A stretch of 63,402 bases of DNA, filler included, from Bilabrum cf. latius (lineage: Eukaryota), in NCBI GenBank assembly GCA_965178125.1. It is 3 parts of 3 records of this genome, joined end to end, with 100 filler letters (N's around TTAATTAATTAA, not from the genome) between each part and the next. Parts side by side here need not be neighbours in the genome. Positions count along the whole stretch, not along the records: positions 1 to 23,658 come from CBCXTV010000043.1; 2 more parts are not named here. One strand, given 5' to 3'. Below the pieces are notes generated by a model. That model was not told the origin of the DNA. It made no database searches and saw only the letters and a program-made list of their open reading frames with translations. The position numbers and the translations under genes were made by a program. Below, piece after piece: positions 1-12,600 of the stretch (positions within the stretch are counted from its first letter, which is position 1; every line of letters begins with the position of its first letter).

Positions 1-1189
1 CCCGGCGAGCACGGCCTGGCTCCGGCAACCAGAGGTCGCGGAGGGCGGCGCATACGCGCGGCACCGAGGCGCTGCGAGGTCACCGCGAGGGCGCGACCAC
101 TCGGGCCTCGCTGAGGCTGGCGGCGGGAGAGGCCGTCGTCGACGTGGCCGCACGGCGACACGGGCCTCGGGCCGGCGGCGCGCACGGGCCGGAGTGCAGA
201 AAGGCGGCACGGCGTGGCCCAAGCATCGCAGGCGCGAGGGGCGCCCCTCGGCGCGCCAGGGGGGGCGAGGACAAGCGCTGCGACTGCGGCGTCGCGGCAC
301 GGCCGAGGACGGCACGCCGCGCGAGGATGCGCGTCGCGGCGGCGCCGCGCCTGCGAGCCGTGGGGGCGGGCGAGCGGGGCGCGCAACGGCCGCGGCGGCA
401 CGGCCGGCGCCGTCGAGGGCACGGCTGGAGCGTGAGCCTTGGCCTGGGTGCGGTACGTCCCGCGGAGAAGCCGGAGGCGCCCGCGGGCCAAGCCGCACGC
501 GATGAGGCCGCACATGAGGGAGCCCGAAGTCGCGCGTGGCGGCGCCGCTGGCGACGGTGGTGACGGAGACGACGGCCGCGGAGCACATGGCGCGGTAAAG
601 ACTGCGACTGCCGCGGGAGGAGACGGGGGGGGCGTAGGGCCGGGAGTGGGGCCGGCCTGCACCGCGAGCGGGCCAAAGGCGGCGCGGAGTCGTGGAGGGC
701 GACGTCGTTCGCGGGCGGCGCCGGCACTCTGCGAGGCCGCCGCGATGGTACGAGCGCCTGGGCCCCCCGGCGCCACACCGATCGCTCACGGAGGGGACCG
801 CGACGGATGGGAGGTCGGGGGGCGGCGGGCCGGGCCCGCCACTGGCACGAACGGCTGCGCAAGGCCCGGCCGGCGACGCCCCGGCGGCGAGGCCGCGGCG
901 TCGCCGGTCCATCGACGATCGCCTGAATGTGCTCATCGATGGACTTCATGATCCTGTCGACCAACACCATGCCCGACATGAGAGGTAGCTTGTGCACCGC
1001 TTCACTGTTCTCGTAGTCACTGCTGCTGCTCCTGGGTGGGCCCTTCAGGGCCCCTGAAGTGTTTTTTGTTTGGGGGGTTGGGGGGGTTTGGGGGGTTCGG
1101 GGCGTACACCGAGTGCTCTTGCAAACGCCCTGGATTTTCCTGCGAACTGACGCCCGATTCGAAGCTCGCAAGACGTCGACACACCGCAA

Positions 1190-2168
1190 CTATGGGAAGC
1201 TCGCGCGGGCACGATTCAAAGGGCTCATGCCCTCTGCCCAATTCTGCCCCCGCGCACGTGCCCACGAATTCACCGTGCGCGCTTCTACATTGCGACAATA
1301 CCAAAGCATGCGCGCCGAAGTGAAGTGCTGCCAAATCACTGAGATCTTCGGGTTCGTGCCGGCGAGCTTGAACCCCATGCCGACGGCGATCGCGGCTTGC
1401 ACCTTGTACGTCTCATTGCGGAAGTGCGCATCGTCCTGGACGTCCACGAGGAAGCGCATGGCGCTCGCGACGGCCTCGTAGGAGAGATCATCGCCAAATT
1501 TGCCCTGCAACCACTGCAGCTCATTGACGATGATGCCCTTCACCTCCTCTACATCGTTGACGCCACCGGCGGCCGACGACGATGCCCTTCTTCCACACCG
1601 AGACTCCGCAACCCCGACGAGCTGGAAGGCCGGCAGCTGCGGGCCTGCCGGCGGCTGCGGGCCCGCCGGCGGCTGCTGGGCGCCCGCCGCTGCGCCAGCC
1701 GCTGCGCCATGCAACGCGTGCCTCGCCTCGACGTCGCTCTTCCCATCCTTTCGGTTTTTGGAATGATATGCGTTTGCGTGTAGGTATGATGTTGATACTA
1801 TTGTCTGATGTTGCTACTGTGAAATAATGAGGAGTACCCATCCTTCCGGTTTTTGTATAATAGTAGGTATGATGTTGATACTATTGTCTGATGTTGCTAC
1901 TGTTAAATAATATGTAGGAGTAATAGGCATCCATCGGTGCTCTCTGTCCGCCGTCCTTGGTGACCGAAATGTAGCGCAACTGGTCTGCTTTGGGCAACGA
2001 GCTGAACATCTCCCTGCCGATCCGCAACAATGCGTTGCGCTTGAGGAATCTGTTGGTAACCATGTGATCGGGAATCTTTTCCGTCACCAGGGCCCTGTGC
2101 AAGTCGATGAACAAGGCGACTGCTTTGCGGCGTAAGCTGTCTCCTTCGCGCCACGACGGGGCCGCCAT
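1190..2168 (-). CDS. Two-exon hypothetical protein
   Basis: ORF 1881..2213 (MAAPSWREG...QRAPM) joins in frame to ORF 1190..1714 through an intron of about 1749-1932. The likely donor is GA and the acceptor AAG|GATGGG (DGKSDVEAR...). It is co-oriented with the neighbouring DNMT. Confidence 0.5.
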
Positions 2169-2371
2169 GGCTGCTGCACCGCTGGTATACTGCGAACACT
2201 GACACGCAGGCACACCGCAAGCTTGAACTCTAAGGCAGCACTCATCCCACCGACAGAATTGCTGAACTCATCTCACCGACATCTGAGCGATGCTGTGCCG
2301 GACATATTGCGGCATGACTGCAACAGACCCTAGAAGCAAAATGCGTGGCGCTGTCTTCACACAAGCCCTAG

Positions 2372-4215
2372 TCAACGAGACCTCGGAGCCCTGACACCGC
2401 AGAACCCCGGACTGGCCCGCCCCCGCTGCCGCCCCAAGAGCATAATCAGAACACCACCACCCCCGATCGACGCCAACGAGCCCCATAATGTTGTGCCAGA
2501 GGTGTGTTCCGCACTGCCCCGGCCAGACGAGGTCGCCGGGCTCTCTTTCGACGCCTTGCCCTCGCGACCCCACTGCGATAATAGGCGAAACGCCGAAACA
2601 CCGCAACCTCTCCTAGACGCGCCTGCGCTTAACTGTGCCACAACCCTGCATCGCTGCCCGCTTTCGCGAAGCCACGACCGCCGGCAAAAAATAGCGGACT
2701 GGACAGGCGGCGCTTGGCCACTGGGCATTTTACCGAATTGGGTGGCCGGCCAATCGATCAAGCCAATGCCAATGAGCAAGGCCAAGCCTACAACGGGCAA
2801 GTGCATCGTGTTGCCTTGGATTGGGCTTTGTTATGTTCGGATTGCACTGATATACTGTACTATAATAATTAGAAGTGTCTTTGGCGATCTCTGTCTTCTG
2901 TTGCTAAGCTGTGCTTGTTCTTCTCCGTCGCCCGATAGGTGGGCCAAGTCCTTGTCCGATGTGCCAACCGGCACACGCATCCTGTGGAGCGGAAACTTGT
3001 GCGCCAAGAGCTTCTCTGCAGGGATCATCACACGGCCGAGTCGCCCGACCACCACGATGCCACGAGGAGTTATCGCGGGGCAGACGCCGGTCGTCGAAAA
3101 GTTACTTCGGTGCAAGCTCTGCGATACATCCGCCACCATGTCCTTCGACGGATGCGCCATCGACAACAAACGCCAAGCATCGCGTGCCCGCTCGCTGTCC
3201 AGACCCGCGACCCGTACCAAAGTGGACCTCGAGGACAATCGGCGTGCCTGAGAGAAGGCGATATGGTGCTGCTTCCACCGCGGCGCAGATGTGGACGTTG
3301 AAGGTCGGCTTGACACCGAAACTCCGCCACGCCGAAGGAACTTCTTCACGATGGGGTGCTCCTGCGGCAACATGGAGTCTCTGATGGTGCCGGTAGGCGC
3401 TGAGCACGACGACTTGCGCATTGCCTCCGCCAAGTCTCTGATTTGCTCCGGGTTCTTGACAACGGCCACATCCTTCCGCACCAAGATGAAGTAGTAACGC
3501 CCACGCCTCAATGGCGCGCCCAAGTGCAACGGGTCCATGGGCGCGACGACGACATGGTACCACCGCAAGTTCACGAATCTGGAGACGACGCGCTTCATGA
3601 CCTTCGCGATGCCCATCACATTCTCCAAGACGGCTACTGGCGGCAAATTCTCTTGGATGACTTTGATCGCCGCGAAGAAAGGCTTGGCAGCCTTCTCGCG
3701 CAACAGTGATGGCGCAAAGAGCTGAACGGAGTGCACGGAAAGCCGCACACATAGATGCTATGGGCTGGAACTTCCTTTCTCTTGAGCATGTCCTCGAAGA
3801 CGGGCCCCGTCGGCGGCGACACTGCTTGGATGAATCGTCTCGCCGAGGGCGAAATGTCACAAGAGAACGCGTGCACGTGCGAGATGCCCATCGACCTTAA
3901 CGCCCAGATGGGCGCCTCGGCTCCCGAACAATCCGTACCGACGACCAGCGAACTTCGCGCAGGGATGAATGACGCCGACACCCCGAAACGGGCCAAGCAG
4001 CCTGACCTCGCCGCTGCTACCTTCTTCACCATGGACGGCCCCCAAGCATCCAAGCTAAGACGGAGGCCTGCGGGAAGTTGCCAATCAATCATCGATGTCG
4101 CACCGTTGTTGTTCCGGCGTTCGCCGCTCGACGCCGAAACGTCGACACTCCGACCATGGCCGCTTTTGCTTGGGAGCGCTGTGGCACGCAACCTGCCGGG
4201 CGGTACTAACTTCAT
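2372..4215 (-). CDS. C5 cytosine DNA methyltransferase (one frameshift near 3700-3710, one GC-AG intron)
   Basis: Motif I-like GTDCSGAEAP, FSCDI, catalytic motif IV YVCGFPC, motif VI LENV and motif VIII RRGRYYF are present. Motif X (LSGNTMH) is rebuilt across intron 2931-2815 (GC...AAG). The frame changes between ORFs 3634..4314 and 2831..3748. The 3' end is uncertain. Confidence 0.85.
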
Positions 4216-5211
4216 CGCGCTGGGCTCGGACCGGGAGTGGCTGCGCGATATTGCTTGAATGAGCGAGACGATTGCGAGGAAGTGCGACCGTTGCAACATA
4301 TCATTAAAAAACACCTAGCGGACTTTGCCGATCCGACGTTGCGGATCGCCACACCCCCAAGCCGTAGCGGATTCATATGGGTCCTGGCATGCACTGCCAC
4401 ACTCCACAATGCCGCTTCGTGGCCCTGGAAAGTGCGGTAAGTCCCCCAAGACCCAACAAAGCCCAATCTTGGGATGGCGAATCGCAAAGCCACTCAGCAA
4501 GTCCGCTAGGCGTTGTTCGCTTGTGCTGCTTGCAACCGCCGGGACTTCCTAGCAAGCGCCCCGCCCATTGCTTCCAATGGGGATAATCGCATGGATTGAG
4601 TCGACCCGGGGCAGAGTTTGAGATATCGATGTATGGGGCGTGCGATATGTATCGTCTAAAGTCAGTGAGGGGCAAACTGCGAAACTTAACTGGTGCAATC
4701 GACAAGTGACGCTGCCGAGAGAAAGGATCGTCTCGCAAGGCTGATAAGCGCGGCACGTCTCAAGATAAGTCCAATCCTTGGATGATGGCGATTCGTAACG
4801 CCACTAGGCGCTGTTAGCATGAGCTGCAATCGCCGGAATCTTCCTGCCAAGCGCCCCCCTCCTTCCAATGCCCCGCATGGATTGGGTCGACCCGGGGCAA
4901 AGTTTGAGATGAATTGGCGCAATCGATGCATGACATGGGCAACGGGCGATCTATTGGGTCGTGTCGGTACTGCATACAATGTATACTACTAGACACTAGA
5001 TACGACTAGTTGGTGCAAGGGGGGATCGTCCTCGCAAAGCTTTTCCGCCGAGATGTGCCTGGGGACCGCCTGCACACCTCATCATCGAGGAAGATGACAT
5101 GCGTGGAAGCGACGGTCTCTCCGCAATGACCGATACCGCTTATATCCGCGACCAAAACACGCCGAAACGCCGCGAACGCCGCCGCGAACGCATCTACGCT
5201 GCTAACGCCGC

Positions 5212-8200
5212 TCACTCGACGTCCGACGCCTGCACGGCCTCCTCCTCGGCCTCCACATTGTCGTTGTCGTCCGAAATGTAACTTGCGAAGATCTCGCTGA
5301 CGTGTTCCGCAAGATTCTCTTGATACAAGTAACTGCCGGACTCCACGACGTACTTGAGCGAGTTGCGATCCAAGACGTTCGAGAGCCAAGTGAGGTGCTT
5401 CTGATTCTCGCAAATGCCAAAGTAGATGATGCCTTTGGCCATGCATGTCGTTGCCAAGATGCCGGAGCCCGGCGTGACATCAACGATGCACTTCACGTTC
5501 AAGTCGTCGAGCACCTGGCTCCAAAAGTTGAGGCTCTTGGACTCCAACCAATACATCGGTACGCCGACACGCCCAGACGCCGTCCATTTCTTCGGCAAGT
5601 CCCCCGGCTTGTCCGTGAAGATCGTGTTCTTCACGTCCGGCTCGATCTGGGCCAACTGCGTCCGGGGGATCGAGGCGACGCCCGTGTAGCTTGTGTACGC
5701 CGTGGAGGTCTCGCCGGACGCATTGCAAGCGCCGTCGCCCCTCTTCTTGACGCTCACCTTCGTGCGGTTGATCGGCATGCGCAACCAACCCGTCTCCATG
5801 TTCTTCAAGGACATGAAGTTCCTGCGCTGGAACCTCACCGAGGGCGCCTGGTCGTCGCCGGGGATTGTCAACTAACGCCGAGAACCGTGGGGAAACGCCA
5901 CATCCGATAACATAGGATCAATGTGCAAGCCCGAAGTCAATTCCAACTCACTCTGACAACGCTTGGAGTGTTCGAGGGGAAGCGCAAATCATGAACCGCC
6001 AACACGACTGCCATTGTGTTGGTTGACCCTGTCCGCACCCATGTCCTGATCAAGCTTTGTGTGAACACCCGCACACACAGAAACACTACACACCGACACC
6101 CAAGCACTCCGAAACTCCAAAAAAGACACTCCGAAACACAGACCCCAATCTGGAGACTCCGACAACTTCGTCATACACCACGACGAACTCCGCATTGCCA
6201 CTGAGCGCCGAGAAATCGTCCCTCGATCCTGCGGCGCACCGCACGGCTCATTCCCGTCGAAGGCGAGCGAGACGTCGAAAGTGTCCCGCTGCGCGAGGAT
6301 GAAGCTCAACATTGCTCTCGGTGAGCTCGGTTTCTCGGCGCGGGGGTCTCCATCCAAGGCTCGGCGCCGCCCTGGTGCATCAAGTCCGCCGCCCATGACG
6401 AATAAGCGGTGCTCCTCGTTCACCAAACCCTTGAAGCCACGGACAGCTTGCGCCTTCTTAAAGACGGTCGGCGTAGGAGTCCCTTCTTCGTGGGCTCCTT
6501 CACCAAGCCCAAGGTGACCAATTCCTTGCGCTGAGCGGTCGCCTGGCGCCACAAGTCGTTGCGCTCCTTGACCTTCGCCTGGCGGTTCCTCCGGGCAGGA
6601 GTCACCTCTTACGAGCTCGCGCAACGACGCCTGTGGGGCTGAGGAAGACGCCGAAACACCGACAACAACCTCAGCGGCGTGAATGGCCCTCATCATGTCG
6701 TTCAGCTCCTTGTTGAAGTCGCCCAACACCGCATCGTCGCCATTGATCAACCTCGCCTCGGGCTCAGCGTCGAGCGCTAACTTGACGACGCAGTCGTCGA
6801 ATTCCGAGCTGTACACCTTACGCAACAACTCCGCCACCATTCACTCCGGCCCTTGGCATCGACGCACGCCGCAACTCCGAAATCCACAACTCGCCGGGAT
6901 CTTCTTCGTCCTTCAATGAAGTGCTTGGGGGTGAATCACAAGGCAAGAAGCACACAATCCCCCGCCCCGAGCATCCAAACGGGAATGCCGCATGCAACTC
7001 ATCGTGCAAAACTCGGGCGCTTTCGCCCTGCATATGTCGCACTGCGAGACTTCACAATAGCATGTCGTCATGCAACTTTGCTACGCACCCCCGGGGCCTA
7101 GTTCAGACTTAGGATGATGCCCCGCTCCGTCCTCGACCGCCGCCTCCCCCTCATTCTCTTGCTCATCGTCCGCCATCGCGTCGGGCTGCTCCGTCGCATT
7201 CTTGATGGAGGGGAAGCGCGAGTTGAAGTCCATGGGGTTGCGCAAGTGGGCCAACACCTCATTTTGGATCTTGGTCGAGAGCTTCTCGTCGACGACCGCC
7301 ACGTTGTGGACGATGTTGGCGATGTGATTCACAATGGCGCGCTGCGCCAACACCTGGGACATCCATGACGGATGCCCCCCATGCTTCACGAAAGAGGTGG
7401 CCACGAAGTCGTCCTTCTCGCACTCCTTCCGGATCAAGTTCACCAGCATCGCCTGCAAGCACCATTTGAAATTTTCCTGGGCATTGCCCCTCTGGCATGC
7501 GTTCACGAGGCGGTACATCTTGTTGTACGAGCCCGACAACACGTCCCGCCCGAAGCGCCTGTCGATCTCGAGGATCAACGACCGGGCCTCGTCGCTCAAG
7601 ACCGCTCGAAGGCTGTTCATCGCCTTGACCATGGTGACGTTGATGAGGCTACCCGCGAAGCGAATCTTCCTCGCCTGCAACTCGTCGACATTGATCTTCG
7701 ACCCGTCGCCGATAATGATGGACAACTTGTCTGTGAACGTGACGAAGTTGATGAGCAAGGACTTGCTCCCCTCCCTGCAGCGCTCGGCGTACATCAAGAA
7801 GTCCTGGGCTAAGCTCTCCGGCCGGCAATCGATGCGCGTGCAGATCGTCGTCGACAACGCGCACTCCATGAGCAGCTTGAGCCGACCGAAGTCGCAAATG
7901 TCGATACACCGAAACGCCGCGACGTACCACGCCCACAAGATGGAGTGAGCGGCGAGCGGTCGCAACCCCGATGGGAACTTGTCATTGCTGATGTTCGCCA
8001 AGGGCTTCTCCCAATAGGTCTCGAGGACGATGGGGAACCGGATGCGATCGTCCTAGAATGGGCCGGGGCTCTTGCTGGAAGGATGCGGCCGTGGCAGCGC
8101 ATGCTTAGCAACACCTAGCGGGCGTAGCCGAATTAGCGGCATTGCGAATCGCCATGCTCCCGACATTGTCCTGGCACTTGCCACAACCGCTTCGCGGCCA

Positions 8201-9017
8201 TGGTACGCACTGGCGAGCCTCTGAGACAATCCACTAAGTCCTGGGAACCGCATGGCGATTCGCGGGAAGTCGGCTGTGTCCGCTAAGTGTTATTAACATG
8301 CGCTGTAACCTTCGCATATTCCTAGCAATCGCGCGGTTCATTCAAGTCCTCGACGCCCGCCAGCTTCAAGGGACGGAAGCCCGTCTCCGAGAACGACCAA
8401 ACCCATGCCCACGACGGCTCCTCCGGAATGGCTGCCCCGGCGATGTCCTCTGCGACCTCTGGGTCCACCCAGAAGATGCTCCCCCCAGCCTCATAGAGGC
8501 CGCTGCTCTGCAAGGAATGGACGCAATGCGCGGGCATCCACTGCTCCTTGAACGACTTGATGTCGTCGCCGTCGATGCGGAGCGGCTCTAAGTCCTTCAA
8601 CGGCAGCTTGCCGTCGCCGATGTCGAGGTGCATGTGCATGATCTCCGGCAGAACCTGCGTGACATATGGGATGATCTTCCGCATTTGGTCCCGCGCGCCG
8701 GCGCCATTTTCGGCGTTCACTGGCGGTTCGATCTTCGGGCGCACATTGCGGGAGTCGTCGACAACTGCAAGCGCCGAAGGAGCCGCTGAGGCCGGCACGA
8801 TGGCGGAAGACACCGACACTCCGCCAGCCTTGGCCGCCTTGGCCGCCTTGGCATCGGCTGCCGCGGCCTTGGTCGCGGCCTTTGCAGCGGCATTCGCAGC
8901 CGCGGCCTTCGCGTTCGCGGCCAGAGCTGCTGCGGCGCCCGCCGCGGCCGCAGCGTCGACCTTGGCCTGCTTCGCATCCGGTTCTGGTCCGCCGTTGAGG
9001 GGGCGCTTTGAAGACAT
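5212..9017 (-). CDS. Multi-exon protein with a C-terminal amino-(N6A/N4C)-methyltransferase-like SAM-binding region (frameshifts around 6200-6900)
   Basis: Exons come from ORFs 8322..9344, 7081..8001, 5989..6840/6420..6605 and 5212..5871. The splice VE|DDRIRFP (GA donor ~8349, TAG acceptor ~8053) is in frame. C-terminal K-S-LNFW...IVDVTPGSGILATTCMAKGIIYFGIC resembles the beta-class VLDPFxGSGTT...GRxxIGIE. No clear DPPY/SPPY motif was seen. Confidence 0.55.
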
Positions 9018-9683
9018 CGCGAGGCCACACCGGAGACACCTCAACACCTCAACACCGCGGCAGCTCGAACGTAGAAACGACGAGATCTCATCCTGCACAA
9101 GCTCGGGCTCTTTAAGAGCGGACGGACTTGCGGACTTAGCGGACTTTGCTGTGTAAGCGAGACGCCGAGGGTACAGCCACCTTAGCTCAAAGTGTCCGCA
9201 TGTCAAGCCGCGAACCCCTCTGTAAGACCGCGAAGCCGCGACCCACACATATGGCCGCGGGGACTTAGCTGACTCAGGTGACACCGGCATCCCCTTGGCA
9301 AGCGCCATGCACGTTCGGCACTCTGAGCTGTATGCGGCCACCAAGCAACATGGCGATTCAGAAATCCGGGCCTATGGGGGATTCGCAACCTCCGCTTCAT
9401 AGTTCCATCCACTCCTGTCGGGCTTTCAAGGCGTCCCTATTCGCAATGTCCGAACGACTCACAACCAGCACCGCGTGCGTACAACACTAACTGAACCCTT
9501 ATCCTTCTCGGCAAGCCACATGCACCCTGACAAGCCCTGACGACGGACTCCGGGCCCGACCCGCCATACATCGATACCACAACAATGGTAGCTGCGCCTC
9601 GATTTTCGACATCGCACACGAACCTCGCCCAAGAGACAACCCAACTGCGACGCCGAAACCCCGAAACCCCGAAACCCCGAAAC

Positions 9684-12600
9684 TCACATTGAGGGAAAGT
9701 ATCCGCCTGCAACTCCTTTGCACCGCAAGCGGCGCGAAGACTGCAAAAAATCGCGGACGTCATGCAACGAGGACAACTGGACAGCCGGCGGTCGCGCATC
9801 GGGTTGGTCCTTGCGCGACACGCGCCAATTGCTGTGTGCCATGGAGCCACACCGCTCGAAGGCCTTGCTTAAGCCAGGATGTTTCGTCGTAAGGCGCCGA
9901 GTCAACACCACTGTGGCCGGGGCAAACTCGACTGCGCGCGCAAACTGTACAATCGAAGACGACTCATGCGGACGATCGCCAACCCACTCCGACACACCGA
10001 TAACAGCCTTGCCCGCCGCAATCACAACAAGCGCTGAGACTAGGAAATCGGTGTCGGGCGAATCCCTGTCTAGCGAGTACGCGTGCGGCCAAACGACTAA
10101 ATCGGCCTGCGACACCGTCTCGTAAATCGCCCGTACACCATGGCAAGTCTTCACGTCGTACGAGGCGGCCTGTGCACTTAAAGGTGGCAACGCCCCACCT
10201 GACATGTTGGCAACCATGGGGGTGCCAGAAATGCGCAAAGGCCGCACATCCTGCCGACGCGAAAACACTTTGGCGACTCGCAACGCCTTGTGAGGGTTGA
10301 GATCGCCGACCGAGTAGGGGTTACGGCCCTCCTGGGCGGCTCGCACCCTGGCGAGCTCCAACTTGCGCTTCCGGTCGTTCTTGGTCTTCGTGAACTCGCG
10401 GTACTTCTTCATGTTCGGAGCCGAGAGAGACGGGAGGTGGTCAACACCGACACGCCGACACACCTCTGACCGCTTCTTCCCAAAGATCGTGCGCTGGTCG
10501 GAGCCTGACGACGCTGCGCGACGAGCCTGTCTGTACCGGCTGCTGTGCGGCGTGCCAATGATGCCCATGTGCCCTTCTTTTTCTCCCTCTTCTTGACCGG
10601 GCGCTCCGACTTCTTGTAGATGCGGAAGCGGCGACCATGCAAGAAGGACCACATGGCGACGAACTCGCGGCACAACGGAGTTGGTAGCAATGACGCATCG
10701 ACACCGCCACTCCGAGACGCCGACATGCAATCGAAGTCTTCGGGGTGCATGGCGATGTCTTTTTCGCTAGTCGGCCCGTTGGTAAGGACCTCGATGAGGT
10801 CGCTGACCATGACGCCGTCCTCGTCGAGCGGGCCGGAGTGCGCGTCGAGCATCTGCGACACCCTACCTAAACCACGCTCCACCCCGCCCGTGGTGTCCAT
10901 GGCGCAGAGGAAGAGCCGGATCATGTCCGGAAGGACCTTGTCATAATCGCCATGCTCGGTTGCGAACTCGGGCTCGAGCGCGCGGGCCCACACGATCCGG
11001 TTGTCCATCCATTTTTCCTTGTGGAGAAAGCCGGGCGGTTACGAAGCATTTCCGACGCCGATGCCCGAGGTCCCAAGGCCGCAAACAATTGCCCGGACGG
11101 CTGAGACATCCGCTAAGTCCTCGGGTCACGATTTCAACTCGATTCAATCTGTTAAGTCCTCATGTGTATGCAACTGCTTTGCTGACTGAAGTCCTGCCCT
11201 GACGCGCGCCCGCTCTTCGCGGCACAACACACATGCCACCGACTCCAACTTCGACACACCGACATTCGCGTCAAGGAGCCAGCCCTCGCAGAAGCGGCGG
11301 GCATGGCGCCGCAAGCGCATCAACTTCGGCGCATGATCTGCACCATCGGTGCGCGACTCATCCAATGCGGTGGCCCACGTCTGGATGTCGAAAATCGCGA
11401 AGAGCATGTCAAGCGAGTCAGACAACTCCGAGTCCAACCTATCCACCATCGTGTCGACGACCGCGTGCATCTTGCCGGCCATCGCGCGCCTCTCGTCCTA
11501 ATCTGCATGATCTCGTGGATGCGCTTTTCGAGTCTTGATGATGGTATTGTCGTGTTATCCTAATCTGCTTGATTTCGTGGCTGCGATATTCGAGTCTCGG
11601 TGATACCATTGTGTTGATGTCCTTCGTCGGCGAAGGGTAAAGGTGTACGACTTGGCCATCCCCATAGTGGATCGGTGGCATGGTCCTGGCCTGCTCCCAC
11701 ACCATGTGCATGCAAGTGTCCACGCCGCCGCCGCCTCCGACACTCCGACACTCCGCCGCCTCGACCGTGTTGGGGTCCACAAAGACGTGGCCTTGGACGA
11801 ACAGCGCGTCGATGCGGCGCTTGAACTCGACCTTCTCGCGCAACGTGACGGAGACGTCATGGTCATCGACATCGAACTTGCGAACGAAACGAATGCACTC
11901 CTACTAGAATTGTCAAGGGGCGGGAGTGGGGCGCCGAGCGAGCTAAATACATGGAACCCCCGACTTGCATCCGCCCCGCATTTATCAGACACGAAGGTCC
12001 TCCGAATACGATGCCGACAATCCACAAGTCAACACATGCTTCGGGAGTTCTCGGAGACGCCGACCGGCTCGTTCGCGCACCTGTGCGCTCATCCTGGTGT
12101 CCGAAGCCAGGAAAGCAAGAAGCATGCCGATGGCCGCGAACATGCAACAAAACTGACGCTGGGGAGTTGCACAGCTGTCGAATCTCTGCTTGGCGAAGCT
12201 CAAGACCTTGGCACACACCGACACACCGCCACCCTGCACGCCGTGTTCGCGAAGCACTGACCGCTGACACATCAAGAGCTTCTCTTTCCACTCGTCGCTG
12301 TTCTTCATCTTCGGGACCAAGCCTTGACCGTTCGCCGACCTGTCAGTGCTGTCGTCGCCCGCGAACATGTCATTCCACCACTCGGAGAACGTAGGCTCCG
12401 CCAAGAGGGGGTCCCGGGTCGTGTTGCGCACCGCGTGCGCCCGGTCGCGCACGATGAGCAGCATGTTCGGCATGGGGCCGGTGGCGAGAAATCTCAAGCA
12501 CTTCTGGACAGCGGAACCGCCGTCGGCTAGTCCTATACGCACCTGCACGGCTGGCATCGAGCTATCACCAAGGGCAAAACGCAAGCAAGACCGTGCGAAT

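Noticed and set aside
80-1189. 369-aa ORF at the window start
   Set aside because: Mostly GC-driven Arg/Pro low complexity. Only ~900-1030 looks protein-like, too little to call.
2493-8591. Long plus-strand ORFs opposite the genes
   Set aside because: These are antisense shadows caused by GC-rich third codon positions.
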